From NCBI GenBank assembly GCA_051294905.1, contig CM119371.1, positions 41,108,001-41,172,000 of the forward strand: 64,000 bases of DNA. The letters run 5' to 3'. The translations under genes and the position numbers were made by a program. Source of the stretch: Botryllus schlosseri. Lineage: Eukaryota. Positions 35,686-47,756 of the stretch are shown one piece after another. The notes under the pieces are model-generated. The model was not told where the DNA came from. It did no database searches and saw only the letters and a program-made list of their open reading frames with translations. Position 1 is the first letter of the stretch; every line of letters begins with the position of its first letter.

Positions 35686-38041
35686 GGAGCATTGCTTGTG
35701 GGATACCGCAAACGAAGCGCAATACGCAGTCTCTATCGAATTCAAAAGATTCCCTCATCTTTGATCCAATTTGCTGGCAGAAACCTCTCCATCGATCAAC
35801 CTTTTCCTCGCTACTAGAACAGATCAGTAATGATTCGGGCGACCCATCATTAACGCATGTGTTAAACATTTTCAGCCATCATTAACACATGGATTGAACA
35901 TTTTCAGCTATCTGTATGATGATTCACAGCCCCACATTATTAAAGTTTAGGCGTTATCCTTCATCGACATGATTGACATGGTTGTCATTCATCCCATTTT
36001 CTTTTGTTGGTGTTATTGTTATTATGAGTAAAAAAAAATAAATAAAAAAAACAAAAAAAAATCATAATTTGAATTATTTAAATGATTAAAATCGATTCTG
36101 TGTATTATGACGTTATAGTACATTAGTACTTATGGCGTCATTGAACTCACGTGTAGCTACGCAATCACATCATATCTATTATATTTCAATTCGACAAAGT
36201 TCAAATTCCTCCTGATTACTATACTGGTGGTAGCGCGAGTAACACCAATAACACCAACGTGAAATTGTTGAACAGCTGAAATAATTCTCACATCGTGTAT
36301 TTACTGCGATTTAAGTTACTCAATAGGGTTGCTGATTACCATATGACCTATTTTTTCAATAAATTGAGGGTGTCATCGGAAGAAGCCTCTTTTTGGGAAT
36401 TTGTCCTATTTTTATAGAAAAAGTGTTAAAATGCACTCAAAACGGGACTCATATGTACCAAACGCCAGAGTTGCGATGACAATCAACAATAACTACGGCG
36501 TGACGGGTAGTTAGGTAGTGGAATGATGACCTTTTTTAGCCAACACCTCTGAAATACGGTATATGTGGGTAATTCTGGAGTCGAGTCAAAAATATGACCT
36601 TTTTTAGTCAGCACGGTCTTATTGGTCGGAGAAGTTTTCTTTTCCGGTACTAGAGAGCTTTCAGAATTTTAGAAAAGTGTCGTGTTTTTCTACTCTCAAA
36701 ATATGATAACCCTACTACTGAAGTCTCCACGTATTACTGTTGAAAACTAACGCGACTTTTCAATACCGTAATATTAACCTTGATATAAATCTCAAAATTG
36801 TACTACTGTTATTGAAGTGTTACTGCGGCAAGAGCAATATGACTGTATGTCGCCAGTTTATCAATAGAAATACGCTTTCCTCAAAACGAATCGAATGAAA
36901 TCATAACTAGTGCAATTTAGAATCTGCTTTACTGCACAATGCGCTGAGTTGAAATTTGAGCCACACTTCGACAAGTGACATCGTGCAAGATTTCCGGAAT
37001 AAGCGTGAATCATGCGGACGAAAATGGATACGCGAAATACAAGATTTCAAACGATCATACGATCAATAATTTGTCTCGTAAATCCAGCATAGTAATATTC
37101 TGACATCATACTGAGAAGCGGCATCATAGCAATTGTTTGATGACAGAAACGGCGTTTTGGGCTGCACTTCCTGATGAACAATTGGATATTCTGATTGGAC
37201 TAACAATCATGCGTAGCAGTTTATTCAAATTTGTAGGCATATTACACAGCAACACAATGTATGATTTCACGCTCAGATTAAAAAGGCTCTCACGAAATGG
37301 CTGCTAATAGTCTGCATTCTGATTTATAGTAACAAAACATGCATTAGTTCGTTTAAACATGAGTGGAGATGGTGTTTTAGTGTGTGTGTGTCCAAATCAA
37401 CATCTGTAATGAGTTAACGATTTTATGCTCAGAGATTCTTAATCTGTTTGTTCGCGAACCCCTTCGAGTTTTGTGGGCGGTTTTCCGTACCACAAAAATT
37501 TCAGAAGATGATGACTGGGAAGTCATAACATTAAGTTAAACACTATTTAGGCTACGGTATTCCATGCCCAAAACAAGATATCTAAGGCCATTGACTAGAC
37601 AAGGTAGTCACAGTTTCACACACGATGTATTTCTCAAAAGATAATATGTTTTTCTAGTTTCTCCATGACGCATTGCCCTTTCACGGACCCCATAAAAGTA
37701 TTTAGCGGATTTAGGTTAAGAACTCCTGCTCTAATTCGTTAATTGCGCCCATAAGCATCACTCCCTTTTACGAGATGCATACTAATCATTATTTTTTGAA
37801 CCACCCAATTGTCCTTATGACCAAATTGCGGGTATGCTGCGTAGCCATAATAATTACAGGATATACCGGGCATACCTAGCATACGCATGTTCGGCACCTA
37901 TGCGCTTGAGTTTTTCGACACTGGGAATCTTATCTGGTCCGTCTTGATCGGCAAATTCCCAATTTCTCAGTTGGCTTTACATCTACTCATATAAGTATGT
38001 TCGTCAGGGCAAAGAAGCCCATCTGATCGAAATTATATCAG

Positions 38042-38816
38042 TAGGGCAATTTTTTTTACCCGAAAAACGGAAGATTTTGACCTAAAAAATCAAAATTCCG
38101 ACATTTTTTTACCTTTAAAAACCTTTTGACCAAATTTTGACCTAGCGTATGCAAATTGAGTGTTTTCCCACATAATGTTAGAATTGTACTACTCATGTTC
38201 ATTTCTAGTTCGAACTGTCTGTCCTTACAAAGTAGTTCACCCTGAAAAGACTTTTTGACTCAAAAACTGATAAATTTTGTCAAGAAATAACTTGATTTGA
38301 ACGAAATCTGTCATTACTAACTAGCTGGCCAAGAATGGAGAAAGAACGCTCAACAGCAGCAGTTGCTCGCTGACAACACTGAAGTTGTGTTGTGTTGTGT
38401 GTACACTGCTGGTGACACACCGTGTTGCTTCATTCTGACAAGGATATCTATATCATAATTTTTCATCATGCGCTTATTGACGCAAGAACCATGCATTGCC
38501 CACGCAGTCATGCTTCAGTTAGGATTTTGCGGTACGCTGAGCATAACACGAGGTCAACCTATTCCTTTATTTGAATGTTTATGATTCACAATGAGCAGAC
38601 AATCGGCCGTCTACAACGATAGGTCTATAAAGTAGGCTACGAGGTGTAAAATGTCAAATGATAAGTTCCTTGACAGTGCTAAATCTACGATATAAACGAA
38701 ATGCAGGTTGTAAAAAACATTTTGACCTTGTTTAAAATTTTAAAATTTTTTGACCTAACGCTGCAATATTGACCTAATTCTGACTTTTTTTGACATGACA
38801 AATAAATATTGCTCTA
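38042..38816 (-). mobile_element. hAT derivative with a transposase relic (same family as 32457-33588)
   Basis: TAGGGCAATT...ATATTGCTCTA ends; minus strand of 38329-38384 encodes LQCCQRATAAVERSFSILG. Confidence 0.8.
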
Positions 38817-39213
38817 TTTAACATCATAATACCCATCTATTCAATCCCACGAGACTGATACTACATCGATAAATTTAGAAAAACTTTCGAACCTTCTTTT
38901 TACGAACCTACACTCGTTTCGCGACTGAGTACATACCCAAGTGTAATGGATTGGCTATTGCACTGTCTACAATCTAATGATGCACTCTTTTCAGATCACT
39001 TTTAAGCTTTCATACGTATCAGATATTGTCATACTGTCGTTAGGTCAAGTTTTATACGTTAAATAGTGTGAACAAGACTGACATCTACACTTTCAACAGT
39101 AAAAGCGTTCTTTGGACCATTGACGACCATTTTTGTGCAAAAACGTGGGACATTGATGTGATATATGTGAGATAGTATTTGCTCAGAAAGATAGCATCAA
39201 GCTTCATATAGAT

Positions 39214-40836
39214 ATGCTTGCTGGTATAAAAAATCATCAATGTGATATATGCGGGAAAAAAACCTCCAGGAAGAGCCACCACGGGCGTCATATGGATATG
39301 CATTATGGTTTCAAAAATCATAAATGTGAAGTATGTGGGAAAAGATTTACCAGGAAGGAAGGACTCAAAAGACATATGACTATGCATACTGGCATCAAAA
39401 ATCATGAGTGTGACATATGCGGGAAAGCATTTGCTCGCAAAGGTGAACTCAACGTACATTTGGATTGGCATGCTGGCATCAAAAACCATAAGTGTGATAT
39501 TTGTGGTAAAAGATTTAGTCAAAGCAGCATATTAAGAGGTCATATAGATATGCATGCTGGTGTGAAAAACTACAAATGTCATATATGTGGAAAATCCTTT
39601 ACTCTGAAGAACGATTTGAAGCTTCATTTGGATGGGCATGCCGGCGTCAAAAACAGAGAGTGTGATATTTGTGGTAAAAGATTTGGACAACACTCTCATC
39701 TAAAGAGTCATATCGATATGCATGCAGGCCTAAAAAAACATACATGTGTTATATGTAGAAAATCCTTTACTCTGAAGAGCGAATTATACCTTCATACGCA
39801 TATTCATACTGGCATCAAAAAACACGAATGTGATATTTGTGGTAGAAAGTTCGGTCATAAAACTCCACTCAATGTTCATATGAATATGCATGCTGGTGTC
39901 AATAAGCTTAAATGTGATATTTGTGGGAAGGGATTCCGTCTAAAAAGTAAGCTCCAGCGTCACATGGATATGCATGCTGGAATCAAAAACCATGAATGCG
40001 AAATTTGTGGAAAGAGATATTTCGATAAAATTGACTTAACCCGCCACATTGATATGCATGCTGGCGTTAAAAATTTTAAATGCAATATATGTGGGAAAGC
40101 ATTTTCATTCAGGATTAGCCTCAAACTTCATATTGATACACACGCTGACAGCAAAGAACATAAATGTGATATCTGTGGTAAAGAATTCAGTCGCAAAGGT
40201 GAACTCAAGAAGCACTTCGATATGCATGTTGACATCAAAAATTATGAATGTGTTATATGTGCAAAAGCATTTACTAGAAAGAGTAGCCTCAAAAATCATA
40301 TGGGTATGCATGCTGGCATCAGAAACCATGAATGTGATATTTGTGGAAAAAAATTTATTCATAAAAGTAAACTCAATGCTCATATGGCTATACATGCGGG
40401 CGTCAAGAATCATAACTGTTACATATGTGGTAAGGCATTTATTTCAAAGTCTGGCCTCAAGAATCACATGAATACGCATGCAGCAGTCAAAAACTATCTA
40501 TGTGAAATCTGTGGGAAAGAATTAGGATATAAACATACATTCAAGAACCACATGGACATGCATGTTGGCATCAAAAACCATAAATGTGATGTTTGTGGAA
40601 AAGAATTCCTTGTAAAAAGTAAACTTGAGCTTCACATGGATATGCATGTTGGTGTCAAACGTCATAAATGTGATATATGTGCGCGAGCGTTCACTTTCAA
40701 GGATAACCTCACGGTTCATATTGGTACACATTCTGGTGTTAAAAACTACAAATGTGATATTTGTGGAAAAGAATTCCGTTTGAAGGGAACACTCAAGTTT
40801 CACATGGAATTTCATGATGGCTTAAAAAAAACATAA
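39214..40836 (+). CDS. Poly-C2H2 zinc-finger protein, 19 fingers
   Basis: 19 tandem fingers with AGIKN(H/Y)-type linkers; decayed fingers both upstream (39157-39213) and downstream (to ~41060). Confidence 0.9.
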   Translation: MLAGIKNHQCDICGKKTSRKSHHGRHMDMHYGFKNHKCEVCGKRFTRKEGLKRHMTMHTGIKNHECDICGKAFARKGELNVHLDWHAGIKNHKCDICGKRFSQSSILRGHIDMHAGVKNYKCHICGKSFTLKNDLKLHLDGHAGVKNRECDICGKRFGQHSHLKSHIDMHAGLKKHTCVICRKSFTLKSELYLHTHIHTGIKKHECDICGRKFGHKTPLNVHMNMHAGVNKLKCDICGKGFRLKSKLQRHMDMHAGIKNHECEICGKRYFDKIDLTRHIDMHAGVKNFKCNICGKAFSFRISLKLHIDTHADSKEHKCDICGKEFSRKGELKKHFDMHVDIKNYECVICAKAFTRKSSLKNHMGMHAGIRNHECDICGKKFIHKSKLNAHMAIHAGVKNHNCYICGKAFISKSGLKNHMNTHAAVKNYLCEICGKELGYKHTFKNHMDMHVGIKNHKCDVCGKEFLVKSKLELHMDMHVGVKRHKCDICARAFTFKDNLTVHIGTHSGVKNYKCDICGKEFRLKGTLKFHMEFHDGLKKT

Positions 40837-41904
40837 ATGTGGTATTTGTGCAAATGAATTTATCCGAAAAATTATTCTCAAGTGGATAGGCATTAAAATC
40901 ATCAATGTGAAGTACTACTCTATGTTGGAGAGAAATCACTTCGACGCGGGGCATCAAAATTCATATGGATGCATAATGTACATGTTACTTCAAATATCAT
41001 GTGATGTATGTGGGACTGTATTTACCCAAAATAGCGACCACAAGTGTCATATGGATAAGCGGCTGTAACGACATGATACCACGTTTTATTTCCAGTGTTT
41101 TTAAACTGTTATCTCTGAAAGCTTGCTCATTGCTGTGTAGTGGTAAATATTGCATTTTCTGAGATTCAAATTTTCTGCAGGAAGCAATCGTCAATGAATT
41201 TCCGCTCTCTATACCTTTTCGATAAAGACCCCTGATTCGAACGTGTCCCAATGGCTATTGGGATTATCCAATAGTGTTTCCCTATATTGAGTTCATGCAC
41301 ATTGTGTGTGGTCTCCTTTTGGTCCCGTCGGAGGATTTCTGCCGTAAGTGTAGGGAAGGTGTGTCAGGATCTCAGCACTGCAGGTACACCTCCGTTATTT
41401 CAAGAAATTATGCCCTATTCTGTCAGACTGGGAAGGCGTGTTGGCAACCAATGCGGGTCATGATGAACATTTTTTCGATCTGGCCTGTATATAACAAATG
41501 CGCAATGTCTTTGCCACCAAATGTTTAGTAGTTTCCCAAAAATTTAAATCGAAACTCTGCAGTTTGCAGACTCAAGTAGGCCAATACAAACCATATCTTT
41601 CATATCGCATGCTATTGTCACATTTTGGATTCAATATTCTCGAGACTGCGATCTCTTTCTTTGCATGTAAATAAGCGACTCTACTGCTGCTTGATTTTTA
41701 TACTTTTCATATTGATCATTAATATCACAATTGTGCTGGCGACGAAATTGGGGTCATCGTATCGAACATACCTGGGTTCGGCACTTACGGGTTTCAGATC
41801 ATCAACACAGGCAAGCAAATCTGGTATAGTATAATCGGCTATTGCACATATACGTAACCATGATAAATTGATGCTACTTTGGTAAATTAGATACATTTTC
41901 AGAT

Positions 41905-42209
41905 CATTGCGTTGACTGCTCAGTTTCCAGTTAAAGTCTTGGTAAACCCACCTTTTATAGCTCTGTTTGGTGATATCAAATGGTTCGCATTTATAATATA
42001 CCAATTTTCCTCACTTTTAGCAGTTTCTGGTCGCATTCTCAAGTAACAGTACCAATAGACGAAATCCCAATAGTGTGTTGACTTCGAAATTCCAATGAAA
42101 TGTCGGTCTTGGCCGTCTGAGTCTCGAGTCAATGCACAGATTGACTCGAGTCGAGTCATCAGAAAATCGTGACTCGAGTCGAGTCATGACTCGAGTCATT
42201 ACAACCCTG
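41905..42209. mobile_element. Partial GACTCGAGTC-array MITE
   Basis: Ends GACTCGAGTCATTACAACCCTG; internal core shared with the other copies. Confidence 0.8.
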
Positions 42210-42717
42210 TCACAAGCCTGCAACACCGTTAATTCCTTTTTCTCGAACTGTTATCATGAGCCAGGTTTCTATTGCAGCATTCACTTTCTTGTTTGGTATT
42301 GCAGTCGTGTAAATAAACTTACCGTACGCATGTCAATTTGACGGTTTTGTCTTTGAGAAATAGCGTCGAAGTGCGTTACCTTGATCATAAGCCTGCCGTC
42401 TGTCGACTGCCCAATATATTTCATAACACACTAATTTGAACTTATCAAGACACAAATAGATCAAAACTATCAGAGATGGGCAGATTTGTAATTTCTATGT
42501 CCTAATCCAATCCAAATCCGAAACTTCAAATCCTAATCCAAATCCAGAGCTTTTGTATATCTAGTCCATGTCCAATCCTAATCCGATTCCAATTTGAAAA
42601 TCAGAAAAAATTGCTAAATTATGCGAGGAAATTTTTCTTTCACAACCAACAATCCTCTTGTTTTAAGATAGCTTGGCATAGGGCTGCACCTCTCATGGTC
42701 TTCGGCACCGAGTATAC

Positions 42718-44293
42718 CAGGGGTTCTTAACCTTGCCTCCAGCGCCCCCTCCCCCAAAGGGGCGCTGTCGATTTTGAAGGGGGCGGAAACGCTCAGGGGG
42801 CGATGGGATCAGGGGGCGATATGGGGGGCGCTGGGATCAGGGGGCGATGTGGGGGGCGCTGGAGAAAAATGGCTTCGCAGTAGATGATGTGGTAGTAGAA
42901 CATATCCTTAATGAGTATTCAGAGCGAATTAGCACCGCAAACTTCGTTATATATAGCCTTAAAAAGACGTATAGGTTTAATTGTCCATAGGCGCCTAAAT
43001 GACTGGCACGGAATGTTCCTGTCTTGGCAATCTGAACCTCAGAAGACGAATTCCATCCGGCTGGGAAAAATTATATGCCAGTGAAGAAATACCAATTTGA
43101 AATCGTGTGCGTCTTTTATTTTAGTACGATTGGGCGACAGGGATATATAGAACTAGATATCCCTGTTGGGCGATATCCCTGTTGGGCGATTCTATATTTT
43201 TTGATATAGCAGACAGGAGGTCACGATATAACATCATGCAACGAAGTCATACCAACGGGTCCGCCCGCCCGAATATGTTTAATTATTAGTTACGGGCCCT
43301 AGTTTCCAAAGACACCTCACAATGTCCCCTCTACGTTTTGACGCGTCTGCGCACACTCACCAACTCACTGCGCAGACCCTTGGACAACAGTGCGTAACGA
43401 CTAAAAAAAGGTCATAACTTCGGATTTGTTGTGCGCAACGTAGATTTTCTGTGCGCAGAGACCGTGTCAGCACTGCGCACGTGCGCAGCTTAGAGGGAAC
43501 ATTGCACCTCACTCAGCTCTACCGGTAAATCTGGTAACGTGAGCAGAGAGGACAAAAAATTGATAGCAATATATATGCAATTCCCGATCTTATTGACCGA
43601 TAATATCATGAATTATCGAAAATTTTCGCGCTTCGCACTGGCTCGCTAAACAGTACAGCTGATTTCGTGGCAAAAGCGAACAACGTGATGGGGGGCGGTC
43701 GGTTTATCACCCTATGGGAGCACAAGACCCAAGTTTTTTCGGGGGGCCTGACGAAGTGTCGTTTCGTTCCTGCCAACGGGTTTACGCCCGAAGACGCATA
43801 ATTATTATTGAGGGGACCTACCTCTTCAATCACACATCAGTAACATCACTCAGCACTATCGGTAAATCTGTTTACGTGAGCAGAGAGAGGATAAAAATTG
43901 ATATCAATATATATGCAATTCCCGATCATATTGACCAATTCAAGCAATAATTAGTGAAATTTTTCGCGCTTCGCGCTCGTAGGCGGGAATAGCTGGCTCA
44001 GTAATTGGACACCCAATGTAGATGACCAGTATCAGCAAATAGCGGATAGCCGAGGGGGGATCTTGGGGCGAAGCCACGCTACGGGGTTCTTGGGGGCGAA
44101 GCCCTCAGAAGTTTGGTTTATCACGCTATGGGTGCGCAAGGCAATCGATTTTAGGGGGTTGACGAAGTGTTGTTACGGCCCTCCCTCTTACTCATTGTCT
44201 TAAGTATATTCCTTATAATACGAGGTTGGGGGGCGCTGGAGCACGATAATCTTTGAAAGGGGGCGCTGGAGAAAAAAAGGTTAAGAACCACTG
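42718..44293. mobile_element. hAT MITE, level 2 of stack 2
   Basis: TIR CAGGGGTTCTTAACC / GGTTAAGAACCACTG; perfect TSD GAGTATAC; GGGGGCG subterminal repeats. Confidence 0.92.
43320..43504. mobile_element. 185-bp MITE, level 3 of stack 2
   Basis: CAATGTCCCCTCTA / TAGAGGGAACATTG; flanking CACCTCA(C) duplication. Confidence 0.85.
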
Positions 44294-44999
44294 GAGTATA
44301 CCATAGTGTAGCGTACCGAAAGTACATTAATAACTGAACTGAGTAGAGTTTGTCGCCATCCATCACACCACAAATCAATCCGTCAGAAAATCGGTAAATC
44401 CAGTCCAAATCCTAATCCATTCAGAAAAATCTTCAATGCCAATCCAATCCAAATCTGACAAAATATCGCAAATCCTGTTTTTTCACATCCTAATCCACGT
44501 TAATCCCTGAAACCTACACAGCTGAGCAATTTGAGATTGATTTAGTTTGATGATCTAAATCCCATGAATGCCCGCAGTGAAAAGAACCACGACTGTTGGT
44601 TTTTGCGGTATATCTATATTCTCAACTTTCTGTTGGCATGAAATGATACTTCTGATCTGCATTGGAAGGAGCAAGGAGCACCAACGATTGGACTAAATAT
44701 ATCAAGACACATACCGATAAGAATATACCCTTGTATGAGCAAATTTATGCATCATAAAACGTTTGGTGTTATTTCAAGATGCGATGGATCACACACACAT
44801 TATATTACATAAAGGGTGTATGATACTGAATATCAAAACTGTACAGTACATTCATGCTATTGCACTATGCTCGGTAGTACGTATTAAGAGATCATTGCAG
44901 TTTTGATACTGATCGAGCGACGTCTTTCTTCAGCCAGCCGAAACACTGACGTACAAACAACATTGCGATATCAATCTGCCGGTCATAAAGTATGTACGT

Positions 45000-45614
45000 T
45001 AGGGCTGTTCAAAAATAACTTTTTTTCCTGGATTCATGCCATTCACTGAATAAATTGTCAGGTTACTCTAAAAAACGCTGCTCACCAAATTTGGTTCAAT
45101 TCTAACAAGTATAGGACTCCGCAGATCCAATTAAAATTTTTAATTTATTATGGAAAATTAAAAATTAAAATTTTTCAAATTTTTTTGCCAACCCCATGAA
45201 ATTGTTGAGCTGTCTTCAATGACGTTGCAAAACAAATTTGAGTCAATTCCGACCAGTAGAAGCGGAGTTATGTGAGTTTTTCGTTGATAATTCTCGGATT
45301 ATCCCTGATTGGTGGATAATCCGCGATTTTTCAACGAAAAACTCACATAACTCCGCTTCTAATGGTCGGAATTGACTCAAATTTGTTTTGCAACGTCTTT
45401 GAAGACAGACAATTTCATGGGGTTGGCAAAAATATTTGAAAAATTTTTATTTTTAATTTTCCATAATAAATTAAAAATTTTAATTGGATCTGCGGAGTCC
45501 TATACTTGTTAGAATTGAACCAAATTTGGTGTGCAGCGTTTTTTAGAGTAACCTGACAATTTAATCAGTGAATGGCATGAATCCGGGAAAAAAAGTTATT
45601 TTTGAACAGCCCTA
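45000..45614. mobile_element. 615-bp near-perfect foldback MITE
   Basis: TAGGGCTGTTCAAAAATAAC...GTTATTTTTGAACAGCCCTA; perfect TSD ATGTACGT (44992-44999 / 45615-45622). Confidence 0.96.
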
Positions 45615-46083
45615 ATGTACGTACGTATGTAATTCCCCACCGGTGACGTTACCGGGATAAGGAGATCAATTTATCATTAACTACAAGAGTGTCTATATGA
45701 GGCATGACTCAAAATATAGCACAGTGGAAAAGCGATGGTCCCGAATTCGAACCTAGCTTAACAGTTTTCCGAGACTCGAGAATTGGTAGTCATGGGATAT
45801 GCCATTCTCATTTTTCGTCATATCACATTCGCTTCAGTTGTAAAAATAAGATTAAAACGAGGCATTTTATTAGGCTATTGCATTACAGCTATCCGTCAAT
45901 ATCAATATAAGTCAATCAGGAGATAGGGGCTAGTGAAACTGAAATTTAAGTTATTGTATGAAGAATGAGTATCACACAACGAATTTGGATTGGTATTATC
46001 ATTTGAAACAAGAAAAAAAGACGAAATTACTGGAAAGAATTATACGAAGTATTACACAACCCGCAGCATTAGTTCAGGGCAGA

Positions 46084-46559
46084 CAGGGATGTAATGACTC
46101 GAGTCACGATTTTCTGATGACTCGACTTGACTCGAGTCATTTTCGCAAAATTCAAAAATGACTCGACTCGAGTCATTGGACTCAAGACTTGAGAATCAGA
46201 CGGCCAAGACCGACATTTTATTGCAATTTCGAAGAATAGTAAAGTTGCCACATTATTGGGATTATGTCTATTGGTACTGGCACTTGAAAAGGCGATCAGA
46301 AACTGCTAAAAGTTGGTAAAATTGGTATATTATAATTGCGAACCATTCGATATCACCAAACATTGTTACAAAAAGTGGGTTTAAAAGACTTAAACTGAAA
46401 ACTGAGCAGTAAACACAATGACTTGTACTCGAACTTGAGCACAATAATACTACGACTCAGACTCGATCCTCTGATTGCTGACTTGGTCTCGGACTTGACT
46501 CGAGTCAAAACTATGAAAGTGAGATCGACTCGGAGCCTTGTGACTTGGTTAGAACCCTG
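46084..46559. mobile_element. GACTCGAGTC-array MITE
   Basis: CAGGGATGTAA...TTAGAACCCTG ends; arrays of GACTCGAGTC / GACTTG. Confidence 0.85.
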
Positions 46560-46652
46560 GTTCAGGTCAGACTTGAAAAACTAGTTAATTCTCGTTGAAT
46601 GTGGTTAATTTAATCCAGGAAATGTTTCTATGAGCTCATTTTACCTCAACAC

Positions 46653-46903
46653 CAGTGGTTCCCAACCTTTTTTTAGACACGCCCCCCTTTATGATAGTGA
46701 AATTTTCGCACCCCCTTATTGTCGTATAACAAAATCCAACCGGAATGCTAGCAACCCCAACAGATTGTTCGATGGCATGGAAGGTTATAACTGTTGATGA
46801 AATTCGGTGTATATAGAGAAACAGTTTTAAGTTGACCGCGCGCCCCCCTTCAGAGCTTTCACGCCCTCCCAAGAGGGGCGCGCCCCCCGTTTGGGAACCA
46901 CTG
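46653..46903. mobile_element. hAT MITE (CAGTGGTTCCCAA termini)
   Basis: CAGTGGTTCCCAA / TTGGGAACCACTG; internally similar to 56996-57301; TSD not well preserved. Confidence 0.8.
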
Positions 46904-47136
46904 CTCTAATCTAATTGATGGCTTTCCTGAAAATGCGACACAACTGCGTTGTGCGAAACAAGCCAAGCGTGGTGCATAAACATTTGCCACTCTCATATTT
47001 ACGACAATCAATTGTAATTTAAAATGAACTGAAGTAGATTTTTGTTGTATGTCTTTTTGATTCGCAATTTAATTTGATTTCCAAGTTTTCAGAATTCAGT
47101 CATTCTAATCTGTTTTGGAAAAGCTAAAAATTTCAG

Positions 47137-47756
47137 CACTTCTTCGATAGCAGGCAGCCATCGAACAATGTTCACCACGATCACCAATATATGTTTCTCA
47201 TGACCACGTCACAATTTCTAAACGTCGAAATAAATACTTTTTATTCCGCGTTGGGGGAGAGCGATATTAAGGTTGGGGATATTATGGCTGGTAGAGGGAG
47301 GATATTAGTGTTGGCATTATGGTATCCCAAGATTAGGGATGGAGGGGGAGATTAGGGTTAGGGGAGTGGGATATTAGGGTTGGGGTGGGGGATATTAGGG
47401 TTGGGTGGAGGGATATTAATGTTGGGGGAGGATATTAGGGTATCACAAGATTAGGGTTGGAGGAGGGGGTAGTAGGGTTGGGGAAGTGGGATATATTAGC
47501 ATTGAAGGTGGGGGATACTAGGGTTGGGGAAGGGGGGAATATCAGATTATCAGGGCTAGGGTCAAAGTTGGGATCTCCTCCTTCAATTCTAAACCCTCTT
47601 CTTTCAACCCTAATATGGGGACACCCTAACCCCAACTTTGACACTAACCCTCTCCCAACCCAAATATTCGTCTCGACAAGGGCACGCTCATGAGAAGCAT
47701 TCATTGGTGATCATGGTGAACATTGTTCGATGTCTTCCTACTATCGAAGAAACGCC
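47137..47756. repeat. Inverted-repeat element enclosing a G-rich GGGATATTAGGGTTGGGG minisatellite
   Basis: ~70-bp imperfect IRs (TTCTTCGATAG...ATCGAACAATGTTCACCA.GATCACCAAT); G-rich array 47255-47550, then a C-rich inverted tract to ~47665. Confidence 0.8.

Larger units (their letters stand above)
42471..44509. mobile_element. Outer element of nested stack 2 (AATCC repeats)
   Basis: CAGAGATG...ATCCCTG ends; degenerate TSD AAAACTAT / AAACCTAC; paralogous empty site AAAACTAC at ~26532. Confidence 0.8.

Noticed and set aside
24220..40815. Antisense and alternate-frame ORFs over the zinc-finger genes (e.g. 24508-24861, 39085-39522, 40049-40471)
   Set aside because: Shadows of the 84-bp periodic finger repeats; no independent coding signal.
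45714..45765. tRNA gene (TAGCACAGTGG ... GAATTCGAACC)
   Set aside because: Only A/B-box-like motifs; no cloverleaf can be drawn. At most a SINE relic; the same applies to 28687-28860.
47255..47665. Interstitial telomere or chromosome fusion site
   Set aside because: Units are longer degenerate repeats, not (TTAGGG)n, and are enclosed by inverted repeats typical of a mobile element.
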